Shown here piece after piece: positions 1 to 36,060 of a stretch of 64,000 nucleotides of DNA; within the stretch, counting starts at the first letter, position 1; every line of letters starts with the position of its first letter. The position numbers and the translations under genes were made by a program. The DNA is taken from the NCBI RefSeq assembly GCF_036321535.1, contig NC_087444.1:73470001-73534000 (forward strand). The letters run 5' to 3'. Origin of the DNA: Camelus dromedarius. Its lineage: Eukaryota. The notes under the pieces were generated by a model. That model made no database searches and was not told the DNA's origin. It was given only the letters and a program-made list of their open reading frames with translations.

Positions 1-339
1 AACACCTGAACTGTGGCTTCTGTTGAAAACATCAGCATGTCTGGCCACTCAGGGCCAGCTTCTTAGAGGGCAGGAGTGGTCCTGGGGGAGGAAAGACCAC
101 TCTGAGTTTGACTCCTGCCAAGCCCCAGGGGTGAGGAAATTGCAGACTTAGCACAAGCTCTCTCAAAATTCCTCCCAGGAATCTCTGTAGGGCACACCAA
201 AAGGCCATGCAGTTAAAAACCACTACAGCCAATGTTTAGGGGTTAAAGTATCCGCGTGGTCCTCAACGCTGCAGTCACTAACAAACGCTGACAGCACCTC
301 CTACCTACCTCCAGATACTGTGCTTTACCAATATTAACC

Positions 340-830
340 CCTCATTAGAACCTATGAAGTAGGCATTGATTATCCCCATTTTACAGATGAGGAAACTGAG
401 GCACAAAGAAATTACATGACTCGCCCAAAGTCCCACAGCTGCTAAGCAGGCTTCGAATCCCGGCCCTCAGGTTCTGGAGTCTTGATATTTAATTTAGCCA
501 CTAGGCAATACTGTCTAATCTCAGTAAATCCTCACAATGACCTGATCTCAACTTTACACTTAGAGAAACTGAGGTACACAGAAATCAAGCCCCATGCCCA
601 AAGTCATGCTAATAGAAAGTAGCAGATCTGGGATCAAAATCCAACTGGCCTGGTCCCCCAGAGCCCCTGTTTCAAATTCCTGACCTCTTCATTAGGCTGA
701 TGACCTTGGATGTGCCACTTTGACTCCTTAAGCCTCAGTTTCCTCGTCGGTACAATGGGGCTGCTCTGAAAGGCAATACATTAACGTATATGACATGCTC
801 AGAGCAGCGTCCTGCATGTAGTGAGTGCTG
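340..830. mobile_element. Cluster of three MIR fragments in the KDELR1 intron
   Basis: cccattttacagatgaggaaactgaggc (about 376), agagaaactgaggtacacag (about 562) and agcctcagtttcctcgtcggtacaatgggg (about 731). Confidence 0.75.
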
Positions 831-1003
831 CTGCTGGTACATGAACATCACCTGACTCCAGAGCCCATGTTTGGAACTTTCTGTCCTAAAATAAGGAAGT
901 CTCAGCCAACTCTATAGAGGGAAGACTTTGAGTGGGTCCACTGTCAATAGCCATTCTCCCACAGCCTGTCCAACAACAACAGGGACCCTGCCAGGTAGCC
1001 TAC

Positions 1004-2196
1004 CTCTAGAGGAGTAAAGTCATGGTTGACCAAGAACGCCAGGATGGCCGTGGGAACAACAAGGAACTCCACCCGGAACGTGTCATGGTTCCCATCGTAA
1101 GTGGCTTTGAACTTGCTGTAAATCATCCAGACTGTGGTGAAAGAGCAGGCTATGTAGACCACCTACAACGGGGAGGATGGAGAGGGCGCTTCAGCTGGAA
1201 GCTCGGGGCCCCAGTAGGCTTAATGCAGGAGTCCGGACCCTCAGACCCAGGACCCCCGGCCCCAGCCCCTCCTCCCTTGCACCTGCACCTGACTCCTGGC
1301 TCAGGAGGACCCAGCCGGTGTGCTAGAGCCTTTACCTTCATGCACGTGTTGTAGAGTGAGATGTAGTTGGTGAAGAGGTCCAGGTAGCGGGCAGTGAACA
1401 CCACAGCAAACAGGACCTGGCTCTTTCCCGAAATCCCTGTGGTCCAGAGAGATGGGGTGGAGGGAGGCTGGAGGTGGGCTGCATGGGCAGTAAACCAAGG
1501 CCCGGGGCCTGGGAAGAGCCTGGGAACGGCTCTGGAGTGCAGCTGTCCCTCGAGGCCTCCTGGGCCGCCCGCCTGGGCCGGGCCCTTTCCCACGGTCTAC
1601 AGCCAGGGGGCAGCCCGGCCCTGAAGCTACTCCAGCCCGAGGCTCTGTCCCAGGCTAGGCCTCACAGCCACCCCCGGCCCCCTCAGGGTCCTCCCACAGT
1701 CCGGACCCAAGGCGGGGCCTCGCGAGGACCCCACTTGACCTCAGCCCTCCAGAACAGGCTGCCGATCTCCCGCTCCCTTTCTGGCGGCCACAGTCCACGT
1801 CACCAACTCCCAGCCACCTCCCTGACTGCCACAGCTCTCTGTTCCCAGCCCCAGGAACCCCAAGGCCACCCAGATAGGGGCCAGAGGAGGCTGAATTGAG
1901 TTCCTGGACCCACCCCCACCAAACTGTATGCATCCCTGGTCGGGGAAATGAGCTGACCCCCTGGTGACCCCAGATCTGGAAAAGGGGATCCCCAGTAAGC
2001 AGCGGCTGGGAGGGACCCGTTCCCCTAGTGCCTCCAAACCCTTCCCCGAGTCCTAGGATGTCCCCTGCACTCTCCCCTCTTCTCCGGCCCCGGTGGGCGT
2101 CTCACCGGCACACGAGCGGGACTTCCAGATTTTAAGCAGAAGCAAGATGATGGCTAGGAGGTGGGAGAGGTCTCCCAGGAATCGGAAGAGATTCAT
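1004..2196 (-). CDS. KDELR1: KDEL endoplasmic reticulum protein retention receptor 1, coding exons 1-3 (partial; 3' exons lie left of the window)
   Basis: Exons 2196-2106 (91 nt), 1436-1336 (101 nt) and 1162-1004 (159 nt), all with GT/AG ends. Spliced translation is [117 protein letters not shown], recognisably KDELR1. Confidence 0.97.
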
Positions 2197-2560
2197 GGTT
2201 GGGGGGAACTGGCAGGGCTGGGCGGGAGGGAGGGAGGCTGGCGTGGGGCTGCCTCCCGGGGCTGCTGTTCTGGCCGGGCGGCTGGGCTGGGAGGTGGGGC
2301 GGGAGAGGCGCCCTCGAGTGGGCTCCGCTCTGGGGAGGGGGCTCTGGGAGGGGGGCGCCGAGGCCGGAGCCGGTGGCCGAGCTGGAGATAGGAAGAGGGA
2401 GGAGGGCGGGAGGGGGAGGGGTCCTGTAGGGAGGCTCCGCCCCCGAGGGCGGAGTCCCGGCTCTCGGGCGCCCCCTACCACCCACTTCTCAGAGTTGGCG
2501 CCGAATATACCCGCCAAGGCTGCCTCCTAGGAACTTGTGGGGTCGCTGGGATCTGAAACT
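2050..2560. promoter_or_regulatory. CpG-rich KDELR1 promoter and exon 1
   Basis: High CpG density and a GC box (gggcggag, about 2447) upstream of the KDELR1 ATG. Confidence 0.7.
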
Positions 2561-4169
2561 CCCGAATCCGGCACCTGTCCCTCCAAGCAGTCTGTGCCTC
2601 TGTAAAGGCTGCAACCCAGCCGCCCAGTCTCTGCCCTTGACAGAGACTCAGAAGGCCGGTCTCTGAGCTTTAAAAATCCTAAACAGGGACCCAGGGGCTG
2701 GTCTTTCAGGGGCCTCCAGCTCCAATCCACCCAAAAGGCAAGAAAGCCCCTCCCTCAGACCCAGGAGTCTGGGCCCCAGCACCTTCATCCTCCAGGACTT
2801 AGGAGTCCAGGCCCCACTCCCTCCTCCCTCAGACCCAAAAGTATGGCTCCCTTCCTTGGGACTTAGGGTCCCATCCAACGATCTTGCGTCTCAAGCATCC
2901 TAGATCCGTGAATCTAGATGCACAATCCATTCCTCTCTCTGGGACCCACGAATTCAGGCCCCCAGACTCTTCCTTTTCAGAAATGACACTTTCACTCCTG
3001 CTCTCCCAGACTCTGGAGTCAGTAGTCCACAGCCCTGGCTCCAGTCCCCAGTCCAGAACAACCNNNNNNNNNNNNNNNNNNNNNNNNNNNNNNNNNNNNN
3101 NNNNNNNNNNNNNNNNNNNNNNNNNNNNNNNNNNNNNNNNNNNNNNNNNNNNNNNNNNNNNNNNNNNNNNNNNNNNNNNNNNNNNNNNNNNNNNNNNNNN
3201 NNNNNNNNNNNNCCACCCCAGCACTTTATAGAAGTGCAGGGCCTAGCCTCTAGCAGGAAGGGCAGGAGCCAGGCAGCTGGCCTTGAGGGACCCTCCAGGG
3301 ACCAGGCTGTGTCTAGGAGGGGGCACACACTGCTTTCCTCTTGGATGTTTGAGTACCCATTGGTGATGGACATCAGGGTCTCTCAATAAAATAAGGGGTA
3401 CAGCGGTACAGAGGTATTGACCTCCTCCAAGTGCTGGATGGACTGGGTGTCTGAGGGTGACACCCATGAGTCTTGGACTTGTGGGCCTCTGAGTGTGGTT
3501 TGTGCCAGGGGGTCAGTTTGTCTGAATGCCTAACAGGGACTCAGGCCTGGAGGAGGGGGCCTGGATTACTGTGTACCAATGGAGAAGGGAGCAAGAGGCT
3601 AGGACTCCTAGGTCTGGGGGAGGAGGGGGCCAGGTACCCAAGTCTGAGGTCTGAGCAAGAAGGGGTCTGGGGGCTTGAACTCCTGGGTTCTGAAGGAGAA
3701 GCGAGCTGAGGACTTGAATTTCTGGGTCTAAGAGAGGAGGGGGCTCGGAGCCTGGACTCCTGGCTTCATGATGGAGATCTAGTTTGCAGACCTGGCTTTC
3801 CCAGGCAACAGAAGCCAAAAGATGGGTCCTGGCATGGTGGAGACTGAAGTCTGGGAATGGCCTCCTGCTTCAGGAGCCTCAAAGTGGGGAGTGGGCAGAG
3901 GGCAGCAGCCCGTGGGCCCTGGGGTCCAGGTCCAAAGTCAGTGTTTTAATGCTGGGTTCTGAGTCCCTGCCTGCCTCTCGCCCCATCCTCCCTTTTTTAT
4001 TTGCAGCCCCTTACTCTCTTGCTCCTAGAGGAAGGCAGCGGCTGGGAGCCGGGGGTAGGGGGCGGCCCCCTCCCCAGCCCTGGCAGGAGGAGGGGTCCCC
4101 AGGGAGGCCAAGAAGGGGGGCTGTGGGTCTCCCGGCAGGGGCGGACGGGGACTGAATGTTAATCGCATC

Positions 4170-4363
4170 CCGAGTGAGTGTGTGTGTGTGCGAGAACAGA
4201 GCGAGTGTGCGAGTCCCTCCCGCTCCGGCTCCTCCAAGCCGTGGCCGCCGCCACCACCCTCCGCCCGCAGCCTCCCTCAGCCACCGGTGCCCAGCTCGGG
4301 GGTGTCGGCCTGGGTGGGTCTGCCCGGCCCCCAGGGGTCTCTCGGGCGTCTGCCATCTGCCCG
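4170..4363 (+). other. GRIN2D: Probable non-coding exon 1 of GRIN2D (5' end uncertain)
   Basis: Lies in a CpG-rich region and ends in a good donor, CCG|GTGAGG, at 4364. The position agrees with the mammalian GRIN2D two-non-coding-exon structure as I recall it; the TSS cannot be determined from sequence. Confidence 0.5.
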
Positions 4364-5165
4364 GTGAGGATCTGTGTGTGCCTGGGTGTCTAGGGCTGGG
4401 CTGGTGGAGGGGGGGTGTGTCTGTAAGGGCTGCGGCGGCTGAGGGAGGGAGGGAGGGGTCTGTCTGTCTGTCTCGACTCTGAGCCGCCTGCCTAGATGTC
4501 TTGGGTCCCCCAGTTTTCTCCCCTTCAGCCCCCCAAACCCGGATGGATGCTGTATACCTGGGCTCTGTGCCTCCTGCCTGCGTCCGGCCGGGCGTCTGGC
4601 GTCCACGGCTGCCTGTGTCCTCCTGTCTGTACGGACAGCCCCTGACAGCAGTGGCAGCCCCCCNNNNNNNNNNNNNNNNNNNNNNNNNNNNNNNNNNNNN
4701 NNNNNNNNNNNNNNNNNNNNNNNNNNNNNNNNNNNNNNNNNNNNNNNNNNNNNNNNNNNNNNNNNNNNNNNNNNNNNNNNNNNNNNNNNNNNNNNNNNNN
4801 NNNNNNNNNNNNNNNNNNNNNTCTGGAGGTGGCGAAGGGAGGAAGGGGCAAGCAGTCTTGTTCCCCAGCCAGGCAGTCTCCCGCCGCTCACACGCACACA
4901 CACACCAGCCACCGGCTTCAGAGGTGACCCAGACAGACAGACAGACACAAGCGCGGGGAGGTGGGGAGCTGAGGGCACAAAGGGGGGGGGGGGATTGCGA
5001 ATGAGCCAGGGAGAGGCGGGACCGGACACATGGACGGGGGGGAGGAGCCGGGGCTGAAGCGGCAGAGGGGGGCACCCCGGGTGGGCGGAGGGGGGATCCC
5101 CACGGGGTCGGGGCGGCGAGAGGACACCCCGACAGCCTCCGCAATGTCCGGGGCCCAACTTCCAG

Positions 5166-5443
5166 CGCAACATGTGTAGCAGCGTCCTCGCCTAGCCAGG
5201 GTGGCAGCAACCTTGGGGGACAGACAGGGCAGGACAGACCGAAGAAGAGGAGGGAGAGCCGGAGCCAGGGACAGGCAGGAGGTCCCCGCCGCCGCCGCCG
5301 CCGCCGCCGCCTCTGCCGCCGCCGCCCCAGGGCCTGGCACCCCCGGCGGCTCCCTGAGCCCTCCGCCGAATCTTCGGGTCGCTGGACTCCGGTTCCTTTC
5401 CTGGCCACCCTGTCATCCCCCCCCAGATCAGGGTCATGAAAAG
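5166..5443 (+). other. GRIN2D: Probable non-coding exon 2 of GRIN2D
   Basis: Acceptor ttccAG at 5164-5165 and strong donor AAG|GTAAGG at 5444. The next acceptor, ctcAG at 8595-8596, lies 26 nt before the ATG. Confidence 0.65.
5288..5326 (+). repeat. (GCC)8 TCT (GCC)4 interrupted trinucleotide repeat in the GRIN2D 5'UTR
   Basis: Counted directly from the sequence. Confidence 0.9.
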
Positions 5444-6239
5444 GTAAGGCTGGGGTAGGGAATGCAGGGGTGGGGGTGGGAACGTGCACCCCCAGATCTA
5501 GGACAGAGAAAGTTGGCCAGGGGCCTCAGGGAAAAGGGGGGATTGAATGGTGAACAGGGGTCTTTACCCGCCCCCAGCTGACTTACCTCTTGGGGGTTCT
5601 CTGCCCCTCAGCCCTTTTTTTGAGGTCTCTATACCTCAGACCTCCTAACCCCCCATTTCTGACACTTTGATCCCTCTCCCCAGCCACATACACCTGACAC
5701 CCCATCTCTCTCTATAACCCCATCTCTCCATCTCACCTTCCCTCTGCACCCCTCTGCCTGCATCAGTCTCCCCCCTCGGCTGGTCCTCCTCCCTCTCTCC
5801 TCTCCATCTCCCCTCCCTCCTCAACTGCAAGTCAGCTATTAATACCCTGGCCAAGGACCTTGAGAGCATCCAGGCCCTGGCACCCCTTGCCTTAAGCTAC
5901 CATCCCTTCCTCAAGGTTCTGGAATCCCCTTCCAGTCTCTTCCAAGCATCAGGATTAGGGTGGGGAGAGAACGGGGTTGCGGGGGGTGGTCAACAGGACT
6001 CCGTCTGCAGCACGACGCGAGGAGGGGGGTGGGCTGTTGATCAAAGTGGCCTCTTCTGTGATGGACTAGGGGGAGTGATGGAGACAGGGACACCCCAGGA
6101 ATCTCTGGCACCCTCCTCAGCTGGGGGACAGGCTGTACTGTGCACAGGACCTGAGTGGGGTGACTCGGGAAGGCTGGAAGCTGGCAGGGTGTCCAGGATG
6201 CTGGGACAGATGGGGCTTGAGACAAAAAGGGGTCCTTAA

Positions 6240-6530
6240 GAGAGGAGAGGGCTATGGGCTTGGATTCCTGGGTCCTGGCCATAGAGGAGGCTGGGCACCT
6301 GGATCCCTGAGTCTGGGGCAGGAGAAGCTGGGACTCCTGGGTCCTGGAAAAGGACGGAACTGAGCACCCGGACTGCTGGGTCCTCGGGAGGGAGGGGGCC
6401 GGAGAGCAGGACTCCGAATCTATGGGAGAAGTTGGAGGGTAGGGCTTCTGTGTCTGAGGGAGGAGGGGGCTGGGGGCTCAGTCTCCTGAGTCCCTGACAT
6501 GGCAGGGGATGGGGGTCTGGACTCTTTGGT
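6240..6530 (+). repeat. MSR1-like degenerate G-rich minisatellite cluster
   Basis: Repeated GGACTCCTGGGTCC/TGAGGGAGGAGGGGGCTGGGG units, e.g. 6331-6344. Related clusters are at 2750-3060, 3540-3770, 7288-7360, 16755-16990, 36248-36310 and 54150-54500. Confidence 0.7.
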
Positions 6531-7614
6531 CCCGTGGGCATGGAAGTGGGGAGAGTGAGACTCATAGGGAGGTGGAGATTGGAGGCCTGGATGATGTGAT
6601 CCTGAAGGTGTAGATTTTGGGGGCTGGAACGCCAGTCCCCTAGGGGCTGGGGATGTCGCTTCTCTGTCCCTGGAGGGGTGGGAGACTGGCCTCCCGAATC
6701 CCTCATGGGAGAAAACTGGGTGTCCAGCTTCCTGAGAAGGGTGGGGCTGGAGCTGCTCTTCTGGGTTCCAGCAGGGAGCAGGACCTTGGGGTCCCCAAGG
6801 CCAGAGGCTGGGCAGGGGTTGGTCTGAGAGAGGCAGGGGAGGGGCTGAGGGGTGATCAGCCATAGGGATGGGAGGGGAGAATGAGTGTTATCCTGGGGAG
6901 GGGGGGCACCAGGCCACAGCTGTGGGTTATTTTGGGGCAGAGGGGGGCTATTCTGAGCACTGATTGAGCCAGCTGCTTGGGGAAGGGCAGAGGAGAGGAG
7001 GGGCGAGGGGGAGCCAGGATTTGGGCATGCTAGGAGCCCCCACCCCCACCCCTGGGGAGATAGTGGCCCAGGGTCCCTGGGAAGCCTAGGGAGTGTAGGG
7101 GGCAAGGCCACAAGGCAGGGGAGGGGGTGTGGGCCTTTCCCCTACCCTGGCTGTCTGTGGGGTGGATGGAGGCCTGTGCTACCATGGCAACCAGACAGGA
7201 GCCTGATTGACAGTCAAGAGTGAACCCTGCCCTGTCTGGACCCTCACCCCTTCAAGAAGCCCCTTCTACAGGCTATAATCTCTCTCTCAGAACCAGGAGT
7301 CCAGGCCTCCGGTGCCCTCCTCTCCCTCAGACCCAGGAGCCAGGAGTCTGGGCTCCCAGCCCGACCACCCCAGGCAGCTAGTATTCAACAGGGGACACAA
7401 GAAGAGACGCTGTATTGCCTCTAATTTACTAAATTGCTCTGGGCTGGAAGCCAGGGACCCCCTCACCGCCCCCACCCCAGCTCTCCACAGCTGTGCCCCC
7501 CAACCCCATAGCCCAGCATGGGTTGTGACTCTGTAGCTCTCATTGACAACAGGACGGAGACAGGAGTAAGGGGCCAAAAAGGGGTTAGGGGTTGTGGTCA
7601 AGTTCAGGGGTAAG

Positions 7615-33918
<26,304 letters not shown>

Positions 33919-34901
33919 CGCGGCCCGGGGAGGGGGGCCCGCCGCCCCCTCGGTCAGCGCAGGCCACAGCCCGAGGAGGCTTGCGGGGTGGACAGGACCC
34001 TCGTGGTTTGGGAAGGAAGAAAATGGAACTGGCCGGACCCCGCCTGGAGCAGCGTCCTGCGCCCCTCTCTACGGGGGCGCCGTGAGCCGGAGGGGATCTG
34101 GTCCCCCAAATCTCACCCAGCTTGAGAGCGAGGGGGTGGGGGTCTCGGAGCCCACTGGACTTTTTTTTAAACCCGACAAGGGCTTTTTAACGTCACCAGA
34201 TGGGGCGGGAGGTGGTGGGGGCCAAGCCATGCCCGCGCCCCACGCCCGCGCCCCACCCCCACGCCCGGGGCCGTGGCCCCCACATCACTGTGCAGCTCCC
34301 CGGCCCCAGCCACGCCTCCGGGGAAGCCCGTTTTTAACCTTTCATCCATCGGACTCAAAACTGTGAGACGAGTTCGCCAAACTGTGACCCCAGACCTTGG
34401 CCCCGCCACACAGAAACCCCTGACCCCAGACTGTGACTTCCGACCCCCTAAAAATGGTCATCCGACCCCAGACTGTGACCCCTGACCCCAAACTGTGACC
34501 CGAGCCCCAGACTGCCCCGACCAGACTGTGACCCTTGACGTCAAACCGTGACATCCCCTCCTCCTTTTCCACCCTCAGTAGCTTTTCCTTCTCTTGACCT
34601 AGGACACGCCCCCAACGGAAGCCCCGACTCCCTGCCCCAGAGTTGATCCCAACCTCCATCAGGCCAAAACTTCCCACTCTGTCACACATCACCAACAGCC
34701 CCAGGTGCCACGAACCACATCCTCTCCAAATCCAACCCTTATTTGTGACCCTTCAGTGATGACCCAGTAAGACCCCCAAAAGCCTTCTCTTCCCAGATCT
34801 CCAGCCGGGTCTGGAGCTGGGTTGTGGAGGGGAGGGTCTGGGAGTCCACAATCACCACCAACCTCCCTTCCCCCTCTCCTGTTCCACATTGCAGTGTTTG
34901 G

Positions 34902-34907
34902 AATAAA
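34902..34907 (+). terminator. GRIN2D polyadenylation signal AATAAA
   Basis: First AATAAA after the GRIN2D stop, followed by a U-rich stretch (cgtttttatg). Confidence 0.75.
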
Positions 34908-35759
34908 CCACGTTTTTATGCCTCCTCAATCCAAGTGTGAGCTCCATGTCTGTCTCTTAGTCCCCTTCAAACTTCTCTGGAGGTACTCAAAACTGAGAAA
35001 AGTCCCACAGAGGAAGAGGGGACAGAAAAAGAATTTGAGCAAGAACAGAGACCCTGGAGGGAGGTGGGAGGTAAAGACCCAGAAACAGGTGGTGAGAAAA
35101 GACCCTGAAAAGGGCTGAGAAGGGGTGGGGGCGGAAAGAGAAGGGGGGACAGAGAGTTCAAGAAAGGCCTAGGCTCAAAACATTCTAGGATTGAGTCTAG
35201 GGTCCCATTTCTATGGCAACAGGCAACGAGGCTTGCTGGGTTCTTTATAGTCTGTTCATGCAAGCGAGGAGAGTGTCTGTTACATCCCAGCCAATCCACA
35301 TATCTCTGATGCCGTTAACCTCACCAATGCGAATCTATTTCTAACATTTCATTACGCCAACCAGCCAAACCTCTGGTGCTGATGGGCGATAAAAAGAGCG
35401 GAAGCACTTATAATAGCTGCCCCCAGAGTGTGGACTTTCTGATTAAGTGCTTGCTGACCTTAGCTGCAGTGTGAACGCCTGGTTAGGCAACTGACTGCCC
35501 CTAGAGGGTAGATTCAACCGACTAATTTACATAATATCATCCTGCCTACACTTAAGCATTTTGAAGTAAATTAAAGCCTTCATAACAAGGAGGGGAGAAG
35601 AAACAGGCTTTATGGGTCCTCGGGGAGCAGAAACCCAGTCTCCTAGCCAGTAAAAGCTCTTATTTGCATACACGAATAATTAAGTGGAAAGAAAGCACTG
35701 GGAGTCAAAGGTGGAAGATGGAGTCGGGGCTTGGAACGCCTCCAGTTGATGGAGCGAAC

Positions 35760-36060
35760 AGGAGTCCTGCAGAACTACAACTCCCAGGAGGCCTTGCCGC
35801 TGCTCTGCGGAAGAGCGCCCCAAAGTCATGGGGAGGGTGTACTTGCTGCGGAACCGCAGGCTTCGATAGCCAGGCCAGGACGCTGTTACCTTAGTTTTCC
35901 TTCACCCTCCTCCCCGTCGCCCTCTCTAATTGGTGAACCAGGAAGTTTCCAGGGTAACTGCGCAGTAGGGCGCGTCTCATAAGAAGGCAAGCGCAACCCG
36001 GAAATGACGCTCTTACCTCGCGCCGGCGGCGAGAGAGTTCGAAGATGGCGACGCGCAAGG
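35760..36060 (+). promoter_or_regulatory. GRWD1 housekeeping-type promoter
   Basis: ACTACAACTCCCAG (ZNF143/THAP11-type) at 35774-35787, CCGGAAATGACG (ETS-CRE-like) at 35998-36009, and AAGATGGCG (YY1-type) at 36042-36050 overlapping the ATG. Confidence 0.7.

Larger units (their letters stand above)
4130..5400. promoter_or_regulatory. CpG island at the GRIN2D 5' end
   Basis: CpG- and GCC-rich sequence spanning the two candidate non-coding exons. Confidence 0.7.

Noticed and set aside
4631-4642. REST/NRSE right half-site ACGGACAGCCCC in GRIN2D intron 1, and a weak RE1-like string at 53532
   Set aside because: The left half (TTCAGCACC) is missing at the first site, and the second has too many mismatches.
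4011-5489. 492-aa minus-strand ORF across the GRIN2D 5' CpG island
   Set aside because: It runs through an N gap, has low-complexity Arg/Pro/Gly content, and stop codons are scarce in GC-rich DNA. No recognisable domain.
34360-34551. CRISPR-like repeat-spacer appearance of the GRIN2D 3'UTR, KCNJ14 3'UTR and CYTH2 intron arrays
   Set aside because: This is mammalian DNA; the repeats are short and degenerate with irregular spacers, and there are no cas genes.
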